Below, in pieces: positions 1 to 11,041 of a stretch of DNA of 64,000 nucleotides. Position numbers and translations under genes: made by a program. Location of the stretch: positions 1-64,000 of the forward strand of contig JAUCBJ010002168.1 of NCBI GenBank assembly GCA_032718475.1. The letters run 5' to 3'. Below the pieces are notes generated by a model, which searched no databases, had not been told where the DNA came from, and was given only the letters and a program-made list of their open reading frames with translations. Numbering within the stretch: the first letter of the stretch is position 1; each line of letters begins with the position of its first letter. Source of the stretch: Nemertoderma westbladi. Taxonomy: Eukaryota > Animalia > Xenacoelomorpha.

Positions 1-25
1 AATCTGATCAATCAACGAGGCTAAT

Positions 26-752
26 CTAGTCTTAATCACTTAATTTAACTGCACTAATCATATTGTTTGTACTGTTATTTACCGTCAGTTATTAATTGTA
101 TCTATTTGTTGATGAAACATTGCCCTTTGGAGAATACGGATAAATCACCCAAAAATTCCCAATTTTCTTGATACACTACAGGTTAGAGAGACAGGCTATA
201 TATAACAATTGCGATTTATATTAATGTGGTGTGTATTGAATCTAATGTTATTTAGCAGACCCTACATGAGTCAATTGCTGCTCTCTTTATGTGTGATCAA
301 ATATACTGACGGTCGGCAGAATAGTGTGCATGATTGTGATTGGTAACAAAGTATTTCCTAAAGAATGCGCCTTATACTTTAATCATAAGCGGTATCGTTG
401 CGTTTAGTATAAGTCCTAGTTCTGTTTAAATAGATAGAGCGCCACGTCCCAAAGGAACTGTTAATATTTCCCGAAAGCCAATAATATCTGTCAGAAATTA
501 ATTATTAACGATCTATCGAATAATACAGTAGGTTTACACTGCAACCTTACACTGCAATAATAAAATTTAAGCATCCGAATTCAGCCTCCCGGGTGTAGAT
601 CCATCGGGTGAATGATCGCGCATGGGCTGACTTCGGCTAATGTTTTGTTTATTAGCATAAAATATTGTCGTATGCTAAAGGTGTTTTAATTAACTAAAAG
701 ACATATAAATTTTGGCGGGTTAAACTGCTAAAGGTCTTCAAAAGCGCGAACA
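26..752 (+). repeat. 5' LTR (3' portion only)
   Basis: Matches 17466-18192 at offset 17440 with one mismatch seen (C118 vs T17558). Ends ...AAAAGCGCGAACA. Bases 1-25 do not match the 3' LTR. Confidence 0.92.
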
Positions 753-819
753 GTAACAGTTATAATCTTATTGCAGTAAGCAATAAGGTTGCGAAATACC
801 GTAGTAACCGGTAAACCTG

Positions 820-907
820 AACCGGTACTTCTGTAGGTCAGTAGGCCCAACTGTCAGAACCGGTACTTCTGTAGGTCTGTAGGCCCAACTGTCCTAACCG
901 GTACTTC
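820..907 (+). repeat. ~38-bp tandem duplication in the BEL 5' leader
   Basis: aaccggtacttctgtaggtc(a/t)gtaggcccaactgtc twice plus a partial third copy. Confidence 0.85.
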
Positions 908-1135
908 CAGTATAAGTACATTAGTATTATTCGATTTTGATTATTGCATACCGGTAGGCTGTTTAAGAGATTAGGGACTGTACACCCCTTGTTTCTTTTG
1001 GAGCTTACTTATTTCTGTCAGTTTTATTTCCTAGTAAGTTAATATTGAGCTGAAGACGTGTAAGTCTGCTCAGATTGTTCAGATAATTGTAGGCTGAGCT
1101 GCTGTCTGACTGTTGTTGAGTTTGGAGAGATTACG

Positions 1136-1660
1136 GCGTGTGTAGAGTTTGTCTGATAAAGTGCCGTTAGTAAGTTGGGGCAGCCATATGCTGTAAGGTC
1201 AATCCCCTCTTAAAGAATAAGTCGTACTACCGTGTTAGAACGCATACTAACTAACAGTTTCAGAATCTGCATATACTGTAGTTTATTTAGGCTTGATCGT
1301 GGTCTGCCGGCATTTTTGGCCTGTGTTTGTTTGTGAAGTCTGTTCAGGTACCGTAATAGTTATTACTCAAATATTTTGTAGGCTGGATTGTTGTCTAGCT
1401 ATTCTTAGGCCTGAAGGGATTGCTGCGTGTGTAGAGTTTGTCTGATAAAGTGCCGTTAGTAAGTTGGGGCAGCCATATGCTGTAAGGTCAATCCCCTCTT
1501 AAAGAATAAGTCGTACTACCGTGTTAGAACGCATACTAACTAACAGTTTCAGAATCTGCACATACTGTAGTTTGTTTAGGCTTGATAGTAGTCTGCCAGC
1601 GTTTGGTTTGTATTTTTGTTTGAGTATTCTGTACGGGTAGCGTAATATTTATTATTCAGA
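1136..1660 (+). repeat. 290-bp-period duplication in the BEL 5' leader
   Basis: gcgtgtgtagagtttgtctgataaag...cagaatctgca block at ~1137 and ~1426, identical for ~135 bp and then diverging. Confidence 0.9.
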
Positions 1661-2971
1661 GTTTGTGCGATTGTTCGCAACATTCATGTCCCCAAGTTTA
1701 TTCCTACAGTAATTGTGTTTGTTACACATACCGTTATAGTTAAATTAACCCCGGTACTACACGGGCTGCTTGGCGTAGGACAAGACTGGTGACTTTGTGC
1801 TCTGGTCACTCCAGCAGATGCCGTGGTTCTTTTAACTGTTCAAGTATATTTAACTACTGATTATTGGTTGTACTAGTACTTGTACCTAATTTAGGGTTTA
1901 GTGTACAGTGCTTTCCGAGGTAATTAGTGTGTAGGCAGTATATTTGTGTTGTAAAGTGGTTGATAGGCACATTCGTTAGCTCTATTAACCTCTGGGTAGG
2001 AACATTCCGTGATACATAACGTAGTACCTATAGCAATACGGTTATAGGTCGTCAGGTGGTGGTATTTTCCTATCTGGACAGTGCAATATATTTACTACTA
2101 CTTATTATTTCAAATACCGTAGTACCCTGTCCGTTGTAATAACCAGAATTCTAACCCTTTGTTAGACTGGTTTGTAGTTTTCCTGTAAAATTACCCTAAA
2201 AATTTCGTACGTAATATTTTTTGTTGTGTTTAATTAGAGATTTAATCTCACCCATATCGTAAGTAATTTGTAGTATTAAGTAACTTAAGTAAATTAGAAT
2301 TATCAGTTTTAGTGTCAAATAAATAGCACTTCACTGAGAGCGCACAGCTTCTGTGTAGTGACCCCAGAAATAATAACATTTATTTCAAATATTGACAAAA
2401 CCCCTTTTAAACGGGTATATAAATATTATAAACCAACTAAATCTATTAATAAAATAGTAGGCCCGTTATACAACATTTAGGTCTTAAAATCAGTTGGTCT
2501 ACTGCTCAAATAACGGTAACAAAGTAAGTTCAAGTAACCAAGTAACCCTAAAAATATTCAGAAATTCAATTATTTAAAATAATTGACATACCGGTACTTA
2601 ACATAGGCTTATTATATTTATTTCTATAAATTTGAGCTGAAATCATACCGGTATTCTGTAATTAATTCTAGTTCATAATTATACTTATATATACTATAAG
2701 TGTGGGCTGTATACCGGTATTCACGATAGGCCTATTATATATTTATATATATTTGTGCTAAAATTATATACCGGTACTCTGTGACAAACCTAGTCTGTAA
2801 TAATACTTATATATATACTATAAGCATACCGGTATTCTAATATATTATATATATATCACGCTACACTGAGTAGCAGTATCGGTAATTAATCGCTAGGCTT
2901 GCAGTGATACTGAATTACTAGACTTGCTTTAACTGTAATATAGCAGTAGGCATTCAACTGTACAAACAAAC

Positions 2972-4618
2972 ATGTCTGACACTCAGAAAAATCTGTCAGA
3001 CAGTCTAATCGATACAACCATCTGTGACACAGATAGGAGTGTAGAGCGATTAAGAAAAGAGTTCAGTTCACCTCCTACTGTAAGAAAGGTCATCCCTCCA
3101 GTAGTATCAGACCCTAGGCTAATCCACCATAGGTCCATCATAGGCACTCGGGCCCAGGTCAAACGGAACCAAGAGGCAGCTGTCCTATCGCAGCAACATC
3201 TTGGTCACGAACCTAGTTCCCAACGAACCGATAGCTCCAGTAGTTCAGATACTGTAGAGCTCACCCCCGAACGTGGAGTGCAGATGACTACTACAGTCTA
3301 TTCGGACCCCCTTCTCACCCTTCCTGCTGCAGTGTTAACTACCATATTCATTGCGGTGGAGGAACATCAAGCCGACTGGGCGAGAAATAAGCGAGCAACC
3401 CAAGATAATTATGCGGGATACGCCAGGGAAGAATTGATGGCTATTGTCGAGTCACAATGGAACTTTCCCGGACTCGGACTCCCGTTGGATCTGTCCGAGG
3501 CTACTTGGGAAGATATACACAGGATGAGAGTGGCGAAAGATACAATGGATCCAGCTGTTTGGAAGAGGTCAGCAGCAGGATATGTGCAGGGATTCTTCGG
3601 CTCCTTGGAGCGATTGGAAGAACAACTGTTTCGACAACCCCAAGGACCTCAAGAGCAGGAAGAGCTGCTATACCAAGTACGCGAAAGAACCCTACGCATT
3701 CGACTAATCCTATCAGCCTTTGAGGAAACTTCCAAAAGAAGACAGGACACGTCGCTGCAGGTTGCTGTCAAAACCTGGTTACATCGGGTAGGTCTCAAAG
3801 TACAGGAAACGGCCCAGTGGAAATCCCAGCTGGCTGAGAGATCAACCTATGAAGAACAAACTGATGTCACCCTTTCTCAGGCGGAAAGCGAAGAGACCGC
3901 CGAGAAACCGCGAACTAGAGACACTATCGACATTTATTTGTCTGACTATCAGCGATTCCTAGGAGACGAAGAGTTGAGGAGACGGCTGTCTGAACTTTCC
4001 CCTAATAGTGAAGGAACTAAGCTTGTGTTGGACTCAATCGATGCGGAAATGTTAGCTGCAAACCAAGCTGAATTTGATGAAAAACTCCGCCTCACTAGAG
4101 TCCGAGAAGAACAAGTAAAGAAAGAACGGATAGAGAAAAGAAAGGAGGCAGCAGCAGCGGCGGCAGAAGCAGAAGCCGAAAGAAAGGCGGCAGAAGCAAA
4201 AGCCGAAAGAAAAGCGGCAGAAGCCGAAGCCGAAAGAAAGGCGGCAGAAGCAGAAGCAGAAAGAAAGGTAGCAGTGGTAGAAGCAGAACGGAGAGCTTCT
4301 GAGGAGACTATCCAACTGGAGTTGGAAAATCTGCAAGAGACGCAAGACAGCATAAATAAACAGTTCACTGCTAATCAAATGCAGATGATGAGAAAATCTA
4401 CTCCCAAGCGCCAGGGATACACATCCTCGGAGGAAGGCGAGACCACCGATCCTGAAGGCGGAGGAAATAGATCTCATCTAAGCAGGCGTAGAAAAACATC
4501 TTACCGTCGCAAATTGCCTGATTTGCCCCCAGCTGTTAGAAGACAGCTAGCTAGCACAGACTTGAGTAGTATAGAACCTACAGACCAAATTATTAGGTCA
4601 AAAGACTCCCTACTATAG
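2972..4618 (+). CDS. gag: BEL gag N-terminal part (coiled coil, AEAEAERKA repeats); first segment of a frameshifted gag-pol
   Basis: 548-aa ORF after the leader. The next frame is open from 4597 and overlaps its end, implying a -1 shift near tcaaaagac (~4600-4606). Confidence 0.75.
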   Translation: MSDTQKNLSDSLIDTTICDTDRSVERLRKEFSSPPTVRKVIPPVVSDPRLIHHRSIIGTRAQVKRNQEAAVLSQQHLGHEPSSQRTDSSSSSDTVELTPERGVQMTTTVYSDPLLTLPAAVLTTIFIAVEEHQADWARNKRATQDNYAGYAREELMAIVESQWNFPGLGLPLDLSEATWEDIHRMRVAKDTMDPAVWKRSAAGYVQGFFGSLERLEEQLFRQPQGPQEQEELLYQVRERTLRIRLILSAFEETSKRRQDTSLQVAVKTWLHRVGLKVQETAQWKSQLAERSTYEEQTDVTLSQAESEETAEKPRTRDTIDIYLSDYQRFLGDEELRRRLSELSPNSEGTKLVLDSIDAEMLAANQAEFDEKLRLTRVREEQVKKERIEKRKEAAAAAAEAEAERKAAEAKAERKAAEAEAERKAAEAEAERKVAVVEAERRASEETIQLELENLQETQDSINKQFTANQMQMMRKSTPKRQGYTSSEEGETTDPEGGGNRSHLSRRRKTSYRRKLPDLPPAVRRQLASTDLSSIEPTDQIIRSKDSLL

Positions 4619-5325
4619 TTGATGAGCCTGAAATAATTAGGCCTGTTGTTCCCAAAGTCACCCCTGTATTAGAGACCCCTGTACTTCCAGAGCTTAACTC
4701 TAAATTCCCTTTACATAGTACTACACTCCCTGTACCCAGTAGAACAGTCCAAGAGAATATCCCTGTCCGGATAGCAGAGAGAGAAATCAATGATTTGTCT
4801 CCCGTCGTCCCGCGTCAGCCCGCTACTATGTTGGCGACTCCCGCTTCGGCGGTTGAGTGGGTAGAGGAGGGATGGCGGGGGATGAATCTCCTGCTCGGAC
4901 AGATGCAGGAGACTGTCCACCAGCTTAAGGGAACGGTAAGGGAAAGTAGAGCAGAGTTGCAAGAAGTGCAGCAAAGTATCGCACTGGAACGCGACAAATT
5001 AGTCAATATACAAAAGGGCATACCAATACCCCCTGTAACATTGTGTCAACCTGTTAGGTCTGAAGTATTACATGCGCAAGGTGTGGAGCCTACACGCATC
5101 TATACTGCTAGTGAAGTTGAAACTCCTATAGCAAACCCTATTAAGGGTAATTATAGACCTGTTATTAATGATATTCCCTATAGACCTGATAATGATCCGA
5201 GAAATTTATATACCGATAATTCGATATTAAATAACACGATGGCCCAAGAAAGCTTTACGCGTCAGATGGCTAGAACAGAAGCCCGCCAAGCGGTCAAAGT
5301 GGGGATGCAAATTCAATGGGGATGA
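4597..5325 (+). CDS. gag: BEL gag middle segment (Pro-rich plus short coiled coil)
   Basis: Frame open 4597-5325. It joins the next frame at ~5305-5310, where KFNGDEMKWLPF (BEL gag DUF1759-type motif) begins upstream of the 5327 ATG. Confidence 0.7.
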   Translation, partial: VKRLPTIVDEPEIIRPVVPKVTPVLETPVLPELNSKFPLHSTTLPVPSRTVQENIPVRIAEREINDLSPVVPRQPATMLATPASAVEWVEEGWRGMNLLLGQMQETVHQLKGTVRESRAELQEVQQSIALERDKLVNIQKGIPIPPVTLCQPVRSEVLHAQGVEPTRIYTASEVETPIANPIKGNYRPVINDIPYRPDNDPRNLYTDNSILNNTMAQESFTRQMARTEARQAVKVGMQIQWG

Positions 5326-5326
5326 G

Positions 5327-8300
5327 ATGAAATGGTTACCTTTCAACGAATATTACAAAGATAGCATACAGAACTCTGTACTATCTAACGGAGAGAAACT
5401 TAGATTCCTCATCAAGTGTTTGGAAGGACCTCCCAAGTTAATGGCGTTAAAGTTTATTGGACATCCAGAAGGATTAAGACAAGTTTGGGATACATTAAAC
5501 ATCAGGTATGGTAACAAGGATAACATAGCTAAGTATTTGTATGCAAAATTAGTAGCCCCCCGACACTTCCTTAGTAGTGGGATTATAGAGTTTTCCGATG
5601 AAATTCAAGAGATCTGTAGACAACTGGACTGGTTAGGTAAGTCGCATGAATATCAGAGTTCCATGGTTATTAGAGCCGTAGTCTCTACTTTACCAAAAGG
5701 TGGAGTATGTACACGCTGGGACAAGAAAGTGTTGTACATGAATGAACAACAACGACGAAGTCCTACCATGGCTGATCTCATGTCTTTCTTAGATGGTGAA
5801 GTCAAACTACAACTCATCAAGCAGTCCAGAGAGAAAACATCGGAAAATAAGGTAAGTGAGAAACCCACTTCTAGGAGAAGAGTAACACCGGTGTGTTACA
5901 CTGACGACGGCGAAAGCCAAGCTTCCCAAGAAGAGGACAGCGGGAAAGATACAGACCGATCTTATTATGTTGACAAAACATCAAAGGACGTAAGTAAATA
6001 CAAGGCTCGAAACAACGATAGGAGAGAACAGGTTGCCAAGACCCCTCCTCAGTCTCCTAACAGAATGCACCGAAGAAAACCCGAAGAAAAAACTAGAGTG
6101 CATCAAGTTAATCAAGGTAAAGTGAGTAACATTAAACCTAACTGTGCGCTGTGCGACGGGACCCACCGTTTGAGTGCGTGTGCTGAATTTCTAAGGAAAT
6201 CCCTTGTAGACAGACGTACAGTCGTGTGGGACAAGCGGTTATGCTATAATTGCCTCAGACCAGGACATCAACGGCGAACCTGTTACTCAGACATAAAGTG
6301 TGCAAAGTGTGGTGCGAAACATCACATCTTGTTACACAGTGAGTTCGAACGAGACAAACAGAGTCAGGTAAGTGAGCCCGAACTACATGTCCAATTTAGT
6401 GACGTAAATGACACAGATCAAGAGTCTGAGATGGAAGGATTCTATACTGACGAATTCTCCGACGCCAATGAATCCTGTTATCTAATAAACACCGCGGTGT
6501 ATCGAGCACTTACTTACGAAAAGGACATCAACGAGGAGTTTCCCCCTACTACTTTTACCAAACAATCATCTTGGAAAGCTCCAACTTCCAACGTAGGAAT
6601 CAGAGAATTTCCTGTAGTGCAGGTAAGAGTTCACGGTCTTAACAAAAGTTACATAGTGAACGCCCTCCTGGACTCCGGCAGCACAGGAACATTCATCGAT
6701 CAAGAACTAGCCGAAGATATCTTTGCTGGACAACCCAAGTTCCGGACTAAATTGAATATGTCAGGAATTATGCAGGTTTGGAAATCTACCCTGACGGCAG
6801 ATTACTATGTAGGTGTGTTGTCCACCCCCCAGGATAAGTTAGGAACACAAGGTGTAAGGTCAGTAAAAATGGTGGCTATAAAGAACTTCGCTACGACCCA
6901 AGCAGACCTTTATAATTGGGACGAGGATGAGAGCATCCAACATCTTAAGATACCTCGATTCCAGACAGATTATCCTGGAGTGCAAATACTCATCGGCCAA
7001 AACGCGCACGAAGCGCTTGAGACATTGGAGAAACGGCCTGCTCAACCACAGCCACTGCAAACCTATGCGGTAAGAACTAGAGTAGGTTGGTACTTTACTG
7101 GCCCTTCCCGTAGAACTCTAGAAGAGAGAATGCCCCACGAACAAATATATCAGGTAAGTGATTGGGAAGAGGAAAGCAGTGAGGTGGACGAACTAACTGA
7201 GGGAACACCATACTCCTCAGATAATGACGACATCTACCAACTCTTCGATGAAGAGAACACAATGGACCTACTCACCGAAAACCAAACTTGGAAAAACCAA
7301 GCGAACCTATGTCAACTGATTCGCCCAACGGAATCCATTATTTATAATGACGAACTTAATGACGAGGTAGAGCGCTACAACGCTAGAACTCGGGACAAAC
7401 TCGCCGTACGATTCTTTACCCAAGAATTAGTAGAACCCAATTCATACGACAAAGCCCTGTCGATAGAAGAAGAAAGAGCCAAGCAAATCCAGGAAACAAC
7501 CACACGTTTTTTAAAAGATCAAGGTAGATATGAAATCGGACTACCCTTCCGAAAACGTGAACCCAGATTTATAAATAACAGACCCTTGGCTGAGAAAAGA
7601 ATCAATCAATTACATCGACGTCTTACGGCAAACGCTTCAGCTAAGGAAATGTACCAAACTCAGTTGAAGAAATTTATCACAAAGGGATATGCGGAGCGAG
7701 TACCGGAAGGAACTCCAATAACTGAGAGAACGTATTACTTAACACATCATTACGTTCCCAAACCCGGCAAACCCAACGAAGTACGAGTCGTATTCGATGG
7801 CTCCGCCCTATATATGGGCCAATCCCTCAATTCCGAGTTGTTACCAGGACCCAACTTACTCCAATCTTTGTTGGGAATACTTTTAAGGTTAAGACAATAT
7901 TCCATCGCGTTCGCCTCCGATATAGAAGGAATGTTCTTACAAGTCAAGGCGCTGGATAGAGATAGAGACAGCCTGAGATTTCTGTGGTGGCCTGAAGGAG
8001 ACCTCAACCAGAAACCGGTGGAGTACTGGATGACCATCCAGGCTTTTGGGATCATATCTAGCCCTTCCAACGCCTGCTCCGTGGTGCGAACTACTGCGAA
8101 TGACAATCGAGACTCCTTCTCAAAGGAAGTGATAGACAACATAAAACGCAATATATATATGGACGACAATTTAAGGTCCCTTCCATCAGTAGAAGAAGCC
8201 ATAGCTGTCGCGAAAGGAACGGTAGAGTGTTTGAAAAGAGGTGGATTTCGACTGACGAAATTCACTAGCAACTCCCGTGAGTTTCTGGAAGCCATACCGG

Positions 8301-11041
8301 TAGAAGACCGAGGAACGAAAGACCTAGACTTAATAAAGGACGACCTTCCGGAAACCAAGACGCTAGGCTTGAAGTGGGACACTGAAAGAGACATCCTGTT
8401 TTTTCAGTTAAAACAGCGAGATAATCCAGTTCGAACCAAACGGATTTGTTTAAGTATCCTGAGCACTTATTTCGACCCATTGGGATTTATTAGCCCAGTT
8501 ATCTTGATTGCTCGGAGTTTAGTACAACAGATGTGGCTTGAAAACCACTCATGGGACGATCCGCTTAAGGGAGAACTTTTGAAGAAATGGATGAAATGGG
8601 AAGATTCTCTACCTGCCATCGAGAACTTTATAATTTTCCATGCATATTTTGGCCATGTTCTCCCTACGTATTCCTATCAACTCCATGTATTTGGAGATGC
8701 CAGCGATATGGGAATCGGTATAGTGGCATACCTGCGAGTCGAAACTCCGGATGGAATCAAAGTTGCCTTGGTTACATCTAAAGCATTGATTAACAACAAG
8801 CTTAAGGTTCCTCGGGCGGAGTTAAAAGCAGCTTTATACGCTACAGCTATCGGCCGGAATGTAACAGAACAGATCGATTATACACTGGAGAAAACTGTTT
8901 ATTGGACCGACGCTTTACTTGTATTGGAATATATAACGAATGAAGTCTGTCAGTTCAGCGTCTTTGTTACTAACAGAGTAGCCATTATTCTTAGTCGCAC
9001 AACGATAGATCAATGGAGACATTGCCCTGGTACGATTAACCCAGCTGACATCGCCTCCAGAGGAGCAACTCCACAGGAACTGATAGATACCCCTGACTGG
9101 TTGGGTGGACCCGATTTCCTGAGCAAGGAAGAGGATGAATGGCCTCCTCACCTTACTACGGCTGAGATTAGACAAGCCAAGGGAGCGGAGAAAGTCAAAT
9201 CCAAAACTCGGACAAGTAAATCGAAGTTATTTAAACCGACAATCGATCTATCTGTATTACATATTGCCGAAAACGATACTTCGGATCCACAATTTCTCGC
9301 CGTAAACAAGTCTGTTGTGGAAATTAGAGACAGAGATTGGAAATCTGGAATACCAGACGTCTCGCAAGGAATCTCACCCCTGCTGCAGAGAGCACTGCAT
9401 CATTACAGTTCCTGGAATCGTCTCTGTAAAGCCGTCACCTACTTAAAGAGATGTTTTCACCATCACTACTCCAGGACGCAGAACACTAATGATCCTGCTC
9501 CAGTGACATCTGCGCAAGTTCATGTTATTAAAGATCTACCTAAGTACAAGATATCAGACCGGTTTCTAAAAGAGAAGATCAGTTACCAGGAGCATGAAGA
9601 AACTAATAAGCAGCTACTGAGACTCCTGCAATGCTATGAGGATTCCGATAGGTATTTTCTGTTGTTGAGAAATCCGCAGATGCGCTTAAGGGATCGCTTC
9701 TCTAGCACATTGATAGATGGGTTAATACGTGTTGGAGGAAGGCTTACCAACGCCCCATTATCCTTTGATACTAAATTTCCTATACTCATTAGTAATCTTG
9801 AAGTACAAATCAAGATGATTGTAGATGTTCACAGTAAACTGTATCCTGCTGGTAGAGAACGAGTTCTTAGCGAAATTCGAACCCGCTATTATTTTCATAA
9901 ACCACGTAGAGCTCTGAATCAAGTTCTTAGGAACTGCATACCTTGTAGGAAAGTATTCAGTAGGCCTTTAACACAGCGAGAGGCAGAATTACCTAGGGAA
10001 CGAGTAAGCTTTTATGAACCACCCTTTACTAATACTGGTGTGGATTTATTTGGCCCTATTGAAGTGTATCGTGCTAGAACTATAATCAAGAGATGGTGTG
10101 TAATCTTTGTCTGCATGACTTGTAGAGCTATCCATCTCGATATGGTGAACGATCTATCTACTATCAGCTTCGTCTTATGTTTACGACGACAGATCGCTCG
10201 TTTCGGAACTAGCAACACGATGAGATCCGATAAGGGAACGAACTTCATTGGTGCCAACAACGAAATTCAGGCTTACGTAAAGGACTGGAATCAAAGACAG
10301 GTGGACGACCAGCTACGGATAACGGCGTCTAGCTGGACCTTTAACGCCGCCGACGCCCCTTGGTGGGGAGGAAGTTGGGAGAGATTAATTCGAAGTGTCA
10401 AGACCGCATTTCACTTTATAGTGCCGTGCCGCGCATATCTCACCGACGAACTTCTGCGGACGTTAATGGAAGAAATCGCTGCCTATCTTAACGAGAGACC
10501 GCTTATGCCAGTCTCATCGAGTCTCGACTCCCTGGAAGCGCTAACACCCGCGCACTTCCTACTTAAGAAACCTGTAGCCATGCTCCCACAATCCGAGATT
10601 GCCGATGGAGATGAATACTGTCGTCGAACTTGGCAGCTTATGCAGTTGCTATCCCGTCGTTTCGCTGACCATTTTGAGAAACATTATCTGCCCACGCTAC
10701 AACTTCGAACTAAGTGGTTTGCGCAGCAGGAAAATGTCAACGCCGGAGACATGGTCCTTATTGTAGATCCGGACCTTCCGCGTAGACGGTGGCAGATCGG
10801 TCGTATCATCGAGACGCACATCTCGGAGGATGGTCTAGTGCGCTCAGTAGAACTCGTCGTAATGCGGCGTAACTTCAAGAAACCAGGTATAATCTTTGAA
10901 ACGCAACAACTCAATCGCCCAGTTGGTCGTTTATGTTTGCTGGAAAGAGACCGGGAACTCTCCGGAAACTATGGAAGGCAAGAAACCCTTCCCACGACCA
11001 CCTCCCTAATACCTCAAACATCTAGGGGCTCTTCAACGTAG
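5327..11041 (+). CDS. pol: BEL/Pao gag-pol polyprotein (DUF1759-like, zinc knuckles, aspartic protease, RT, RNase H, integrase)
   Basis: CALCDGTHRLSAC / CYNCLRPGHQRRTC / CAKCGAKHHILLH; ALLDSGS; RVVFDGS, IYMDD; FGDAS, PRAEL, YWTD, NPADIASRG; GVDLFGP, RSDKGTNF, WWGGSWERLIR. Confidence 0.96.
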   Translation: MKWLPFNEYYKDSIQNSVLSNGEKLRFLIKCLEGPPKLMALKFIGHPEGLRQVWDTLNIRYGNKDNIAKYLYAKLVAPRHFLSSGIIEFSDEIQEICRQLDWLGKSHEYQSSMVIRAVVSTLPKGGVCTRWDKKVLYMNEQQRRSPTMADLMSFLDGEVKLQLIKQSREKTSENKVSEKPTSRRRVTPVCYTDDGESQASQEEDSGKDTDRSYYVDKTSKDVSKYKARNNDRREQVAKTPPQSPNRMHRRKPEEKTRVHQVNQGKVSNIKPNCALCDGTHRLSACAEFLRKSLVDRRTVVWDKRLCYNCLRPGHQRRTCYSDIKCAKCGAKHHILLHSEFERDKQSQVSEPELHVQFSDVNDTDQESEMEGFYTDEFSDANESCYLINTAVYRALTYEKDINEEFPPTTFTKQSSWKAPTSNVGIREFPVVQVRVHGLNKSYIVNALLDSGSTGTFIDQELAEDIFAGQPKFRTKLNMSGIMQVWKSTLTADYYVGVLSTPQDKLGTQGVRSVKMVAIKNFATTQADLYNWDEDESIQHLKIPRFQTDYPGVQILIGQNAHEALETLEKRPAQPQPLQTYAVRTRVGWYFTGPSRRTLEERMPHEQIYQVSDWEEESSEVDELTEGTPYSSDNDDIYQLFDEENTMDLLTENQTWKNQANLCQLIRPTESIIYNDELNDEVERYNARTRDKLAVRFFTQELVEPNSYDKALSIEEERAKQIQETTTRFLKDQGRYEIGLPFRKREPRFINNRPLAEKRINQLHRRLTANASAKEMYQTQLKKFITKGYAERVPEGTPITERTYYLTHHYVPKPGKPNEVRVVFDGSALYMGQSLNSELLPGPNLLQSLLGILLRLRQYSIAFASDIEGMFLQVKALDRDRDSLRFLWWPEGDLNQKPVEYWMTIQAFGIISSPSNACSVVRTTANDNRDSFSKEVIDNIKRNIYMDDNLRSLPSVEEAIAVAKGTVECLKRGGFRLTKFTSNSREFLEAIPVEDRGTKDLDLIKDDLPETKTLGLKWDTERDILFFQLKQRDNPVRTKRICLSILSTYFDPLGFISPVILIARSLVQQMWLENHSWDDPLKGELLKKWMKWEDSLPAIENFIIFHAYFGHVLPTYSYQLHVFGDASDMGIGIVAYLRVETPDGIKVALVTSKALINNKLKVPRAELKAALYATAIGRNVTEQIDYTLEKTVYWTDALLVLEYITNEVCQFSVFVTNRVAIILSRTTIDQWRHCPGTINPADIASRGATPQELIDTPDWLGGPDFLSKEEDEWPPHLTTAEIRQAKGAEKVKSKTRTSKSKLFKPTIDLSVLHIAENDTSDPQFLAVNKSVVEIRDRDWKSGIPDVSQGISPLLQRALHHYSSWNRLCKAVTYLKRCFHHHYSRTQNTNDPAPVTSAQVHVIKDLPKYKISDRFLKEKISYQEHEETNKQLLRLLQCYEDSDRYFLLLRNPQMRLRDRFSSTLIDGLIRVGGRLTNAPLSFDTKFPILISNLEVQIKMIVDVHSKLYPAGRERVLSEIRTRYYFHKPRRALNQVLRNCIPCRKVFSRPLTQREAELPRERVSFYEPPFTNTGVDLFGPIEVYRARTIIKRWCVIFVCMTCRAIHLDMVNDLSTISFVLCLRRQIARFGTSNTMRSDKGTNFIGANNEIQAYVKDWNQRQVDDQLRITASSWTFNAADAPWWGGSWERLIRSVKTAFHFIVPCRAYLTDELLRTLMEEIAAYLNERPLMPVSSSLDSLEALTPAHFLLKKPVAMLPQSEIADGDEYCRRTWQLMQLLSRRFADHFEKHYLPTLQLRTKWFAQQENVNAGDMVLIVDPDLPRRRWQIGRIIETHISEDGLVRSVELVVMRRNFKKPGIIFETQQLNRPVGRLCLLERDRELSGNYGRQETLPTTTSLIPQTSRGSST

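Noticed and set aside
3949-4477. Antisense ORFs over gag
   Set aside because: Shadows of the 27-bp AEAEAERKA coding repeat.
4597-4618. Programmed -1 ribosomal frameshift site
   Set aside because: No canonical slippery heptamer in the overlap; a single lost A in an A-run explains it more simply.
7750-10914. Minus-strand ORFs within pol
   Set aside because: Antisense shadows of a long coding frame with no motifs.
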